Assembly: GCA_001782805.1 (NCBI GenBank)
Contig: MFPT01000002.1
Location: forward strand, 133,401-197,400
Direction: 5' to 3'
From: Candidatus Magasanikbacteria bacterium RIFCSPHIGHO2_01_FULL_41_23
GTDB lineage: Bacteria > Patescibacteriota > Patescibacteriia > Magasanikbacterales > UBA922
Length of the DNA: 64,000 nucleotides
Every line of letters starts with the position of its first letter. Within the stretch, counting starts at the first letter, position 1. The notes under the pieces are model-generated. The model searched no databases. It was not told the DNA's origin and saw only the letters and a program-made list of their open reading frames with translations. A program made the position numbers and the translations under genes. Below are positions 50,554 to 60,572 of the stretch, one piece after another.

Positions 50554-51447
50554 TTAATAAGTACTTTTAAATTTTTTCCGAAAAACAAAGCCAATGCCAA
50601 TACACAGAATTACGAAAATTACTCCTAAACCGATGATTTTCCCGGAAAAAGTAGATTGTGGTGTCGTAGAAAGTGGGGATACCGGTCGACCAATTGTTTT
50701 CATAATAGTTGCCGTACCCACGACCACTCCTTTTGATTGAATGTTAATTTTGAAACTATAATTACCCGGAGACAAAAATTTTGTGATTGGTACTGTAAAA
50801 AGCCGGTTAGTCATGGGTGCAAGTAAGCCAGAGACAATGGGAATAGTTTCATTAAAAACCATTGATCCATCCAGTATCCCTTCAAGAGTCAGATCGTCAA
50901 TGGTTACTGGCACGTTACCACTGTTTACTCCTACAAAAGATACGTCTAATTTTTCTGGAGATTCGTTCAAAGAATTAATACTAATATTTCTCACTCCAAA
51001 ATCAGAAATTTCCTTGTCAGTAACGGAAAAATTAATTTTTCCCGAAATATTTGAAAGAAATGAAAATTCATCGGTACTTTGTTTTCCTGTGGGACTTACA
51101 AGAATTTCCACTGTGTAGTTTTTAGGTTTTGCCTGACGTGGCTCCACAGAAAAATCCAAGGGTACTTTTTTAACTCCGGGAGAAAATTTCAAAATATTAC
51201 TTTTAAAATGGATGAATTCTTTGCCTTCGTTTTGTAATTCAATTGAATAATATTGAGTTTCATCCGTGTCTGACCGAGTAATAAATATGGTTCGCTCTAC
51301 AGTACTGCCATTTCTTACCCCATTAATCTCCGTGTATGATGGACTAATGCCTAATGCTTCCACACAAACTGTCCAGCCAAAACTAGCAACTACTGTAATA
51401 AAAATAAGCAAACTTTTGTTTGTCCGCGCAGCACACTGAATCATCAT
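50554..51447 (-). CDS. cell-surface protein, GISP-motif family, paralog 2
   Basis: Signal peptide, ALGISPSYTEINGV, C-terminal TM plus RKKFKSTY. Confidence 0.55.
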   Translation of the reverse strand: MMIQCAARTNKSLLIFITVVASFGWTVCVEALGISPSYTEINGVRNGSTVERTIFITRSDTDETQYYSIELQNEGKEFIHFKSNILKFSPGVKKVPLDFSVEPRQAKPKNYTVEILVSPTGKQSTDEFSFLSNISGKINFSVTDKEISDFGVRNISINSLNESPEKLDVSFVGVNSGNVPVTIDDLTLEGILDGSMVFNETIPIVSGLLAPMTNRLFTVPITKFLSPGNYSFKINIQSKGVVVGTATIMKTIGRPVSPLSTTPQSTFSGKIIGLGVIFVILCIGIGFVFRKKFKSTY

Positions 51448-51471
51448 ATATTTTTTTTAAATAAGAGTCAC

Positions 51472-52524
51472 TTGTATAAGTACAGCCAGTATACTATACT
51501 TGGTCTGATTTTTATATATTATTTATTTTTTAATGTGGATAACATTAGTATGACCAAAATAACCCGACTCCGAAATGTGGCAATAATCATTTTTGTTTTT
51601 TTATTAAGTGCATTATTGTATCTCCACTTTTACTATTTTGCGCTTCCAACCATTCCTCTCTCTGATCAAAAAGTAAATCCTAATCTTGGTCTCATAGCCG
51701 TACGCTCGCTTAATGCCGAAAAACCCAATCTAAGCATCTATCGCTTACACGATGCCAAATCAGAAATATTTGCCGGAAATTGGCAAATGCAATACATGAC
51801 AAACGAACAAATTGCAGTGTATGGCAGTACAGCAGACCATCCCGAACAACAAAAATTTATTCTTCTGGGAACAGCGAGGGGCAGTATCAAAGATATTTCA
51901 AAACTTCCCGGACAAATAACCGCAGTTGCGGCCAATAAAGAAAACAGCTATCTTCTGTTGATGGGTTTTAAAAATGATCCCAAAAATCTAAAAACAACCA
52001 CTACGCCAAAGACATACGTTTGTGTTACGCCCAAAAATATTCTAGCATACGATAATTGTTTGTCGGTTACGGACACTATTATACCGACCAAAATTCATGA
52101 CACTTCTACTCCTTACCAAGCATACTGGAATGATGCCAAAGATACTGAATTGATAATTACCGAAGTGGCGGGAAAACAACGTTCCTGGACATATGACGCG
52201 GTTACGAAAAAGCTGGATATGATTGATAGCAAAAATCCCGCTAATATTCCGGAACCAACTTTTGTCAGCGCGGGAATGAATATGCTCTATAGTGTACAAC
52301 GCTGGAGTTCGCTGGCCATGATAACTGAACTGAAAACCAATAAAAAATTCTTTTTCCGGATTCCTTCAACTTCAACAATAATACCTTTAGCTGAGGGTTA
52401 CGCGTTGGTTGCAAATCAAGAGAAAACCTATATCCTAAACCTTGCCACACGAACCACGAGTGAATTTGTTCCTTTGTCAACTTCAACCCCAAGCCAAATC
52501 ATTACTTATTATTCTTACTATTAG
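51472..52524 (+). CDS. hypothetical membrane-anchored protein
   Basis: Two N-terminal hydrophobic helices, then a 300-aa extracytoplasmic domain with no recognisable motif. Confidence 0.4.
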   Translation: MYKYSQYTILGLIFIYYLFFNVDNISMTKITRLRNVAIIIFVFLLSALLYLHFYYFALPTIPLSDQKVNPNLGLIAVRSLNAEKPNLSIYRLHDAKSEIFAGNWQMQYMTNEQIAVYGSTADHPEQQKFILLGTARGSIKDISKLPGQITAVAANKENSYLLLMGFKNDPKNLKTTTTPKTYVCVTPKNILAYDNCLSVTDTIIPTKIHDTSTPYQAYWNDAKDTELIITEVAGKQRSWTYDAVTKKLDMIDSKNPANIPEPTFVSAGMNMLYSVQRWSSLAMITELKTNKKFFFRIPSTSTIIPLAEGYALVANQEKTYILNLATRTTSEFVPLSTSTPSQIITYYSYY

Positions 52525-53071
52525 TCAGAATTTTTCCCACAATGTTGGAACGACTGATTGAACCATATACGCGCGAATCTGTGCTGTGCGCTCGATTATC
52601 GCCAACGACAAAATAATTCCCGGGATTAACAATATATTCTTCCGGCGCTCTTTGAAATTTATGTGCCAGTGTATACACATCTTGTTTCAAATATGGTTCA
52701 TTCAATTCAAATGTTACATCGGTTTTACTTTTAACATAAATTTTTCCCCGTTTGACAATCACCACTTCTCCGGGTAAACCAATAATTCGTTTCACCATCA
52801 ATTTCTGATTTTGCGGATCAATGACTTGTACCACATCATAGCGCTCGGGCAGGGAAAACAAATACACCAACTTATTCACCAAAAAAAAATCCTCGTCAAT
52901 AAAAGCCGGCTCCATAGAAGGTCCATTTATTCGCCCCGGACTGATGAAAAAAAACCGGACAACAGCAAACGCATAAAAAAATATCATTGCCAAAAAAAGC
53001 ACAAAACCAATATATCGTTCAAAGAAATGTATTTTGGTAAGCCAGTCTTTCATAGACGATTCAGTGATCAT
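52502..53071 (-). CDS. lepB: signal peptidase I
   Basis: S26 motifs GPSMEPAF (catalytic Ser), VKRIIGLPGE (catalytic Lys) and GDNRAHSTDSR. Confidence 0.85.
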   Translation of the reverse strand: MITESSMKDWLTKIHFFERYIGFVLFLAMIFFYAFAVVRFFFISPGRINGPSMEPAFIDEDFFLVNKLVYLFSLPERYDVVQVIDPQNQKLMVKRIIGLPGEVVIVKRGKIYVKSKTDVTFELNEPYLKQDVYTLAHKFQRAPEEYIVNPGNYFVVGDNRAHSTDSRVYGSISRSNIVGKILTNSKNNK

Positions 53072-53105
53072 ATAGTATACTGAACTTATCTATTTATTTT
53101 TACTT

Positions 53106-53462
53106 ATGACAACTAATAATTTTTTGCTCGGTATTATCGCCATTGGCAAAGATGTTGGTCTATTTTTTTTAAGTGTGGCGGAAAATAATCAATTGATAGG
53201 ATTTTTTATTGGTTTTGTTATTGCCGTGCTTATTACTGGTTTTATTCTGACCAAAAATCCGCGACATATTCCTCTTATCCTGAGATATTCCACCACAGAA
53301 AGTTTTGCCCGCATTGCCAATCAGGGAAAGCACAGCAAAGTCTATTATACTGAATTTTCTCATTTCTTGAAAGTATATACTCAGGTTCGAATTGTTTTTT
53401 ATGTTTCTTTTATTGTGCTGTGCATTATGATTGCCACCACAGTTCTGGTATATAGGCCATAA
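53106..53462 (+). CDS. small membrane protein (3 TM, hypothetical)
   Basis: Hydrophobic ORF of 118 aa; weak support. Confidence 0.3.
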   Translation: MTTNNFLLGIIAIGKDVGLFFLSVAENNQLIGFFIGFVIAVLITGFILTKNPRHIPLILRYSTTESFARIANQGKHSKVYYTEFSHFLKVYTQVRIVFYVSFIVLCIMIATTVLVYRP

Positions 53463-54297
53463 ATTGATAAAAAGTCTTTGAGAATAATGCCAACAACCAT
53501 TCAAAAAACATTCGTATAAAAGATTTGTTGGTAATCTTAGCCACAACGCCCGAACTATCGGGCGATGGCAAACTAGGCACTAAAATATAGGCGGCCGGAC
53601 TTTCCAAACGCAATTTTCGAGAAATCGGATCAAGCGAACGAGATTTTAATTCCTCACTGTCCAAAGTATCAATATAATATCCGCCATCTGTTTCATAATA
53701 TGTTTGGAATCCTCCGGCCAGACTTGTCCAATTACCGGCTTGGCTGTAGACGATAATATAAAAATAATAAATTTCTCCAGGCTCAATTTCATCCAGAGAA
53801 ATTTTGTGATTATTTTGCAATACCGTATCCTTGATTTGGCGCGATTCGTCCAAACGTGTTCGACCATATTCAACGAGCGCGGACGTGGGCATATCGGTGG
53901 CAAATATCATGTAAACCATTCGAGGATTATGCGCATCATAAATAATCTTTACGGGTAAAAGAGAAACAGCCAGTCTGGCCGCTTTTTTTTTCACTGTGGT
54001 TGTGGCCGTTGCTGTTGAAGTGACTTTAAAAGGCTCATCCAAATCCGGATCTAAAACCGCCGGCTCAAAAACAAATTCAGGAGCTTTAAATTCAGGAAAA
54101 ATAATCTGGGGACCATGCGGCGCCCATCCTCCGGATGACACTGGAGAAGTTGGGCTTGGTGAATCACTGGGACTGTCGGCTGCCGGAATGATTGTGACGG
54201 TTACTTGTGTTGAATCGGCCAAAACTGCCCATGGATAAAAAACAGTAATAAAAAACAAAGAAAAAATAATGAGCCTTAAAATTTTATGATAAAACAT
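53425..54297 (-). CDS. secreted Fn3-like domain protein
   Basis: Signal peptide; Pro/Ser-rich linker; YMIFATDMPTSALVEYG resembles the purple-acid-phosphatase N-terminal Fn3-like domain. Confidence 0.45.
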   Translation of the reverse strand: MFYHKILRLIIFSLFFITVFYPWAVLADSTQVTVTIIPAADSPSDSPSPTSPVSSGGWAPHGPQIIFPEFKAPEFVFEPAVLDPDLDEPFKVTSTATATTTVKKKAARLAVSLLPVKIIYDAHNPRMVYMIFATDMPTSALVEYGRTRLDESRQIKDTVLQNNHKISLDEIEPGEIYYFYIIVYSQAGNWTSLAGGFQTYYETDGGYYIDTLDSEELKSRSLDPISRKLRLESPAAYILVPSLPSPDSSGVVAKITNKSFIRMFFEWLLALFSKTFYQFMAYIPELWWQS

Positions 54298-54304
54298 AAA
54301 ATAA

Positions 54305-55240
54305 TCATTTGAATTTTCGTCGTTTTAACCAAATAAATATACCAACAAATATCACCATTATTGCGGCCAGAATTATGACATTGCTTTTAATAATTTCTGC
54401 GATTAAGCGTAGATAATGTCCGCGAATACTGCCAGGTTTTACGGAAAAATTTATGCGCCGCTCACCGCCTTCAGTCAAACGATAGCCTTCAAAAACTTTG
54501 ATATAGGCTGTGTATTCACCAACATTTAAATTATGCGGCACAGTAAGTATAATTTCTTTAGTGGTAAACGGTGAAACTGTTTCAACTTTTTTGATTTCCA
54601 CTCGTTCTACGAAATTTTTTTCATTCTGATCATAAACATCCACTTGGACTTTGGTTGGCCCTGTCCGCGTATTGCCGGTATTTTGAACAGTTAAAATAAG
54701 CTCGGCAGTTCCCGGAATTTTCCAACGCATCCACGGCACCGACGCATAAGCAGAAAACATCTTAACAGCCGGTAAAATAAAATCAGTAACCGCAGTTTTA
54801 ATTACTACTAATTCCACCGGAACCGAAGTTCCCAAGACTGTTTGCGTACTGTAACGACTGTCTTTTTCCGTCACTATTTCCGTAATTGTTATACTTCCGT
54901 GATACGTGCCAAGACTGGCATTCACCGGCGCTTGTATCCGGAATGGAATCAAAAGCTGATGCTCATTTTTTTCCCAAACAATCTCTCTGCCTTTATCCGA
55001 AATAATCCATGAGCCAGAGGAAAAATCAATGCCAAGATGAACAATTGATGTTTTTTGCGCATCGCTCCGACTAAGCGTTAGTACGGAGACAGCGGATGAT
55101 CCCAGCAATAAACGCTCATTAATTATTTTAGCCGGAGAAATACCTAAACCAGCGCTCACCTGATGCGGATTAAAAATAATCATTAAGGCAATAAAGAGTA
55201 CACTATAAAATTTTAAGACACGCATATATTTTATGGCCAA
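54305..55240 (-). CDS. cell-surface protein, GISP-motif family, paralog 3
   Basis: Signal peptide, GLGISPAKIINERL, C-terminal TM plus KRRKFK. Confidence 0.55.
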   Translation of the reverse strand: MAIKYMRVLKFYSVLFIALMIIFNPHQVSAGLGISPAKIINERLLLGSSAVSVLTLSRSDAQKTSIVHLGIDFSSGSWIISDKGREIVWEKNEHQLLIPFRIQAPVNASLGTYHGSITITEIVTEKDSRYSTQTVLGTSVPVELVVIKTAVTDFILPAVKMFSAYASVPWMRWKIPGTAELILTVQNTGNTRTGPTKVQVDVYDQNEKNFVERVEIKKVETVSPFTTKEIILTVPHNLNVGEYTAYIKVFEGYRLTEGGERRINFSVKPGSIRGHYLRLIAEIIKSNVIILAAIMVIFVGIFIWLKRRKFK

Positions 55241-58200
55241 GGTAATTGATTAATACGACCCAAAAAAGAAATGACTCCACTGTAAACACCCGCCTGAACA
55301 CCAAGCGGCGCTTGCCAACCCCAAAAGATATTTTTAGTCTGCAAAGTACTTGAACTGGTTGTTTTGGGAATATTAATATCAATCGTGGTACTGACCGCTG
55401 TCAAAGACGTACTGGAAGCATAAAACGTATTGGAACTCGTGGCATAACGCTGAGAAGAAACAGGAACAATCGATCCGGTAGTTTGGCTCGTCATATCAGC
55501 TCCATAAATATCAATATCAACGGACGTATTGCCGGTCGAAGTAACTGTGGTGGTAACAGTTAACGGCATATTTTCGCCCGGACTAAATTGGCCATAATTT
55601 TTGGATGATGTCGTAACATCAATTCCCACGAGTGATACCACTTCAGGCGAGCCCGCAGTACTAAAAGCCGATCCTGTTTGCGGAGCCGCATCAGTCGCTG
55701 TAATATATGCCCGCCAATATTCGCTGGACCATGGAGTAGTATCACTCCCATCAGTGGGATCAGCGTGAAACTGCAGAGCAAAAGTACAGTTTGCCGTACA
55801 ACTATTGCCACTGCAGCCGGTCAATTGGCATGAAGTAGAATAACAATTATTATCATCAGTCGTACAATTGTTGGTATTGGTAACACCGGAACGATAGATA
55901 ACTGCGGTCGCGGAAATAATATCACTATAGCCATTAATGTCAGTAATAGTCGCACTCGCCGTAACTGTAGTTGTCGTATTTTCAGTTAAGGTAATGTCTG
56001 ATCCGTTATTTAAAGTAACACTCGTTACCACTGGCGCCGGATTGGTATAGGTTACACTGCCATAGGCCTCATATAAGGTTGAACTCACGGCTGTGCCTTC
56101 AACTGTTTGCACATTTTTAAAACGTATGCGCAGTCCATCAAGTTGCGTTTGAGTCAAAGTAAGGCCACTAAACGTAGCGCTGGACCAGCCTGCGACTGTG
56201 CGATTGGAAACTTGCTGGGAACTGCCATACTGACTTGATTCGGTATCATTCCACAAAGATAATTCCCATTGCATATTGGTGTTGCCATTATCATAATAAA
56301 CCCAAACCGCGACATCGGTACTGGTTGGCGCTCCGCTTAATGTAGTCATCGCAAACGTATCGGCTTGAGTATTGGCACAAATTATAAAATCACCCGTATC
56401 CGGAGTCGTCGGTTGGCGAACAGTCTCATCAACAGTGGCATAATGGCTTCCGGCTGGTGTGGGAGTACAACTAAGCGCAGTTCCATCGCCATTGGGATCA
56501 ATAATCCCAATGGAATCAGAGGCAATTTGCCACTGACTTATTTCTTGAAACGTTGAGCTGGCAGTTTTTTCCCCATTGGCAAAAAAACTGGCCGGTCCAA
56601 GCATAAATAAATACGGACTAATATCGGGCGCGTCAAAATCGTACGTAAGTTCATAGACATCGCCGGCTTGCCAAACAATTGGCCAGTTAAGGACTTGAAC
56701 ATCCCCTTCTTCCCGAATAATCGGTGGAATTATTTTTTGTTTTTTAATTAAATCAATTGATGATGTCGCACTGGAAGAAATTAATTTTAATTCCACAGTG
56801 GACAAATCAAAGCTGGCCGGAATTCGCTCCTCCAACGTGCCTATTACGGGATTATGAACTTTAAAATTGAGACGAACCGGATAACCGGCCGGAGGAAAAA
56901 TACGCGTTGGACCGATTCGTTCTATTTCCACTGGCATTTCCGCACGAACTTCAAATATATTTTTAATTTCATAGCCATTATCCAGATTTTTTAACGTCAT
57001 CGTATATGTGCCAATTTCTTGAGGCGTAAAATAACTGTAATAATCAGGCACATCAACCACATTGTTTGGTCCGCACAGTCCTGATCTCTGAATAGCGGGC
57101 ATTGCCTCGCCACCATTGGGCAAAGCAACGCGTAATAATAATTGAGCGTCACAAATTGTATGTCCATCGTCACGCAGAGCCGCCATTTGCATATACACCG
57201 GTTTACCCGGCATTATAATTGAACTATTCGTATTGATTGCCAGTACTCCCCAGGTAAAATCCTCTTCATGGGCGTACACGCCATCCGGAGAATACACATC
57301 AACTTTGAGCGTATATTTTCCCGGCTTTAGACTGTGGAAATTATTTTCCATGGCAACCACGAACGCATTGGCTGAATTAAATTTCACTTCCGGTTCCAAA
57401 GCCGGCTCACGTTTTCCCTCATCATCAAGCACGGCTGTTTCTACCGTTATGGCACTGGCAATTGTTCCCATAGTTGGAGCAGGTTTATCGGAAAAAAGAT
57501 TAACTATTGCATCAACCACAGTACTCACAATAGTTGGCGGAGGTGGTTCTGGTTTGGTATATTCAAAATTAAATTGCGGATTTTCTTCAGAAACAAAATC
57601 GGTTTTTTCCGAAACCAATTTAACCGGCGATGTTTCATCGGACAGACCAATCGTATCCGGATCAAGTTCCAGCCAAACCGCGTCCACAAATAAATTTTTT
57701 AACGGATCGAGTGTTTCACCTTGACGAATCAACCGAACGCCAAGCCGTTGAATTTCTGAAACATCAGTAATAGCTGGCAGCGAAAAAAAGAAATATCCCT
57801 GATTAATGGCATTGGAATTTTCCAAATGCAAATCAATTAAGCCAACTTCTTCCCAATTCCCTCCCAACGTATACTGGACAATTAATTTTTGACTCACGCC
57901 GGCATGATTGGCAAACGATAAACCCAATTTGGCACCAACAATTCTACGAATTTTTTTTTGCAGACTAAGATCAGATAAGGCAAATTGACCAAATTCCAAA
58001 AAAGAAATCTCAGGTGTTTTTTCTGACGATTCTAATGATGGTAAAATAACGGGAAGAACAATCGAATTCTGATTTGATTCACTTTTTGGAGTATTGACCG
58101 CTTCATTTGATTTAATTGGTTCAAGCAAAGGTTCTGTAGGCAAAACAATTGGTGGAACTACGGGAACTTCTGGTTTGATTGGATCTGGCGATTCAATTGG

Positions 58201-58995
58201 AGCGGGAATTGCGACTGGTTCAGGATCGGGAATCGGCTCTGGTTTTGGTGTTGGTGTTAGTATCGGTATCGCTATTGGTTCTGGCGCTGTGGCTGGTGCT
58301 GGTTCTGACTTTGGTTCAGGAGTTGGGACGATTATTGGTTCAACCGGAGGATTGGTTGGTGAAGCATTATTTTCCGTTGTTTCTGTTTGCGCCAAGACCG
58401 GCAAGGACCAAGGAAAAAAATAACGAAAAAGAGAAAAGCCAACTTGTTCGGATTGAGATGGAATAGGAGATGCTTCAATTGGAATTGGTGCTGGTGGAGT
58501 TGGCTGAGGTATATCTTCTGGAGGAGATGGAGGGGGAAGTGGAGTCTGATCTAGTGGAACAGATAGTGGAGCTACTGGCTGACTTGATTCAATCGGTGCC
58601 AATTGTTCGACCGGATTTGGAGTCGGAGTTATTGTTGGCTCAGTTGGATTTGCTTGAAAAGGAATTTCTGTTGGAGGAATCGGATCATTCGGAATTGACG
58701 GAGAAGGAATCGGCGATGTTTCAATAGTTGGCCTTTCTGTAACTGGAGTCCGCGCCAAAGCGGAATTATCCAAACTAAATTGAGTTAAATCCGCTGTCTG
58801 TGATAAATCTCGTCTAAGCGCTGACATAGGATTTTGCCAATTACTGGAAAATGAAGCTGGCTCGGCAATAATCGATTGTTTGGCATTAGCTAAGAGAGAA
58901 AATGATGTTTGGTTAAATAAAAAAAATGCCAATAAAAAAATAATCGTAAAAACAAATTCTCTTGTTCTTTGGCGTATCATAAAATACTTGAACAT
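55231..58995 (-). CDS. giant secreted Pro/Thr-rich surface protein (1254 aa)
   Basis: Signal peptide; a 250-aa proline-rich repeat region (PEPIPDPEPVAIPAPIESPDPIKPEVP); a T/S-rich Cys-containing C-terminal domain paralogous to 47756-48880. Confidence 0.6.
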   Translation of the reverse strand: MFKYFMIRQRTREFVFTIIFLLAFFLFNQTSFSLLANAKQSIIAEPASFSSNWQNPMSALRRDLSQTADLTQFSLDNSALARTPVTERPTIETSPIPSPSIPNDPIPPTEIPFQANPTEPTITPTPNPVEQLAPIESSQPVAPLSVPLDQTPLPPPSPPEDIPQPTPPAPIPIEASPIPSQSEQVGFSLFRYFFPWSLPVLAQTETTENNASPTNPPVEPIIVPTPEPKSEPAPATAPEPIAIPILTPTPKPEPIPDPEPVAIPAPIESPDPIKPEVPVVPPIVLPTEPLLEPIKSNEAVNTPKSESNQNSIVLPVILPSLESSEKTPEISFLEFGQFALSDLSLQKKIRRIVGAKLGLSFANHAGVSQKLIVQYTLGGNWEEVGLIDLHLENSNAINQGYFFFSLPAITDVSEIQRLGVRLIRQGETLDPLKNLFVDAVWLELDPDTIGLSDETSPVKLVSEKTDFVSEENPQFNFEYTKPEPPPPTIVSTVVDAIVNLFSDKPAPTMGTIASAITVETAVLDDEGKREPALEPEVKFNSANAFVVAMENNFHSLKPGKYTLKVDVYSPDGVYAHEEDFTWGVLAINTNSSIIMPGKPVYMQMAALRDDGHTICDAQLLLRVALPNGGEAMPAIQRSGLCGPNNVVDVPDYYSYFTPQEIGTYTMTLKNLDNGYEIKNIFEVRAEMPVEIERIGPTRIFPPAGYPVRLNFKVHNPVIGTLEERIPASFDLSTVELKLISSSATSSIDLIKKQKIIPPIIREEGDVQVLNWPIVWQAGDVYELTYDFDAPDISPYLFMLGPASFFANGEKTASSTFQEISQWQIASDSIGIIDPNGDGTALSCTPTPAGSHYATVDETVRQPTTPDTGDFIICANTQADTFAMTTLSGAPTSTDVAVWVYYDNGNTNMQWELSLWNDTESSQYGSSQQVSNRTVAGWSSATFSGLTLTQTQLDGLRIRFKNVQTVEGTAVSSTLYEAYGSVTYTNPAPVVTSVTLNNGSDITLTENTTTTVTASATITDINGYSDIISATAVIYRSGVTNTNNCTTDDNNCYSTSCQLTGCSGNSCTANCTFALQFHADPTDGSDTTPWSSEYWRAYITATDAAPQTGSAFSTAGSPEVVSLVGIDVTTSSKNYGQFSPGENMPLTVTTTVTSTGNTSVDIDIYGADMTSQTTGSIVPVSSQRYATSSNTFYASSTSLTAVSTTIDINIPKTTSSSTLQTKNIFWGWQAPLGVQAGVYSGVISFLGRINQLPWP

Positions 58996-59071
58996 TGTAG
59001 TCTAAGTATACAAGAAAAAATATATTTGGTAAATAAAATAGCGAATTAGTTAATCTGCAATATAACGGTAT

Positions 59072-59935
59072 CTACTTTTGACACCGATAACAATAATGCG
59101 TGCCGCGACCGGCGATTTTTATTTTGAGAATGGTGGCCGGACATTTTTTACATTTAAGTTTGCCACGGCCGTAAACTTGGAGAAATCGTAAAAATCCCCC
59201 GCTTTGTCCGGCAGTGTCCACAAAAGTATTGAACGTGGTGCCCCGATGTTTAATTCCTTTCGCAATAATTTTTTCACAAACAGAATGCAAGCGTTTAATT
59301 TCAGTGCCGGTCAAATTTTTCGCCGGACGCATCGGCCTGATTCCGGCCGCAAAACAAATCTCGTCCGCGTAGATATTACCAATGCCCGCGATTAAATTTT
59401 GATTAAGTAACAAAGCTTTAAGGGAAGTGGTTTTATTTTTTAGCACAGCGGAAAAATTTTCCAATGTAAAATTTTTTTGCAACGGTTCAATGCCATATTT
59501 TTCTTTAATTATTTTCAACTCTTCGGACGTAACCAATTGCAAATAACCGAACAAACGCAAATCATTGAAAAATAAAACCGCGTCATTTGGGAAATAAAAA
59601 ATAACGCGCGTATGACGATCGGGCAAATGAGCGAATTTTTGCGCGAACAACGAATGTCCGCCGGCAATAATTGTGTTGCGATCGCGATATATCAATTGGC
59701 CGGTCATTTTAAGATGAATCAGCAAAAAAATGTCTTTTTTATCCAACGTCGCAATGAGCAATTTACCGATTCTATCAATGGACAAGATTGATGCGTCGAT
59801 GAGCGTATTTTTAAATTTTTTTAAAGTTGGACGAACAATTCTCGGCGCCGATATTTCCACTGCAGTAATTTTTTGACCAATAATTTTGGCGTTTAAATCA
59901 CGACGAATTGTTTCCACTTCGGGTAATTCGGGCAT
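59072..59935 (-). CDS. mutM: formamidopyrimidine-DNA glycosylase
   Basis: N-terminal PELPEVE catalytic Pro-Glu; C-terminal CxxC...CxxC zinc finger. Confidence 0.9.
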   Translation of the reverse strand: MPELPEVETIRRDLNAKIIGQKITAVEISAPRIVRPTLKKFKNTLIDASILSIDRIGKLLIATLDKKDIFLLIHLKMTGQLIYRDRNTIIAGGHSLFAQKFAHLPDRHTRVIFYFPNDAVLFFNDLRLFGYLQLVTSEELKIIKEKYGIEPLQKNFTLENFSAVLKNKTTSLKALLLNQNLIAGIGNIYADEICFAAGIRPMRPAKNLTGTEIKRLHSVCEKIIAKGIKHRGTTFNTFVDTAGQSGGFLRFLQVYGRGKLKCKKCPATILKIKIAGRGTHYCYRCQK

Positions 59936-60029
59936 ATTATTTTTCGTGGTATAAAAATGCAGGACATCATGAAGGACGTTGGAACTATTTTACAGGATGC
60001 AAAGGGTTATATCTATATTCCGAATTTCG

Positions 60030-60572
60030 TTATACTCGCACAATAAACGGCTCAAGGTCGATAAGATTTAAAAGACGCGATTCGCTCACATGTTTCATCA
60101 CACCATAACTTGGCTGATGAGAAAACCCGATATATTCAACCTTTTTCTCCAAGTGCGTTATTTTTTGTATTGCTGGTATAAGATCAGTATCTGAAGAAAC
60201 GACAATAGCAACGTCATACAGATTTTCATACGCTCCGATAAGCATATCCGTTGCTATTTGCACGTCAACACCTTTTTCATGAACCTTCTCACCAGCCACG
60301 CGCATAAGATATCCTTTTTTTACCACAATATTCTGTGCTTTAGATGACAGGTGGTTGAACAACCGGATCTGAGAAAACCGTAATTTTTGTGCATACTCAT
60401 CATCCAATTTGGCGCGGACAACTCCCACGTAGTAGGTAACACCGACTATCTCTCTTTTTTGAGCCACCAAATTAGCCATCCCACGATAATGAAAAGAGAG
60501 AAGATTTTTGATCTCCAAAGATTTCAACTTGAAATACAAGTTGCTCCCATCGATAAATATTGCAACACGCAT
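60030..60572 (-). CDS. NYN/LabA-like domain protein (predicted RNase)
   Basis: VAIFIDGSNLY ... VDVQIATD ... IVVSSDTDLIP, the NYN acidic-residue pattern. Confidence 0.65.
   Translation of the reverse strand: MRVAIFIDGSNLYFKLKSLEIKNLLSFHYRGMANLVAQKREIVGVTYYVGVVRAKLDDEYAQKLRFSQIRLFNHLSSKAQNIVVKKGYLMRVAGEKVHEKGVDVQIATDMLIGAYENLYDVAIVVSSDTDLIPAIQKITHLEKKVEYIGFSHQPSYGVMKHVSESRLLNLIDLEPFIVRV

Noticed and set aside
58094-58727. Three plus-strand ORFs (109, 95 and 85 aa) inside the giant surface-protein gene
   Set aside because: They lie antisense to the Pro-rich repeat region. Their Gly/Leu/Val repeats are the complement of the CCN/ACN-rich coding strand.
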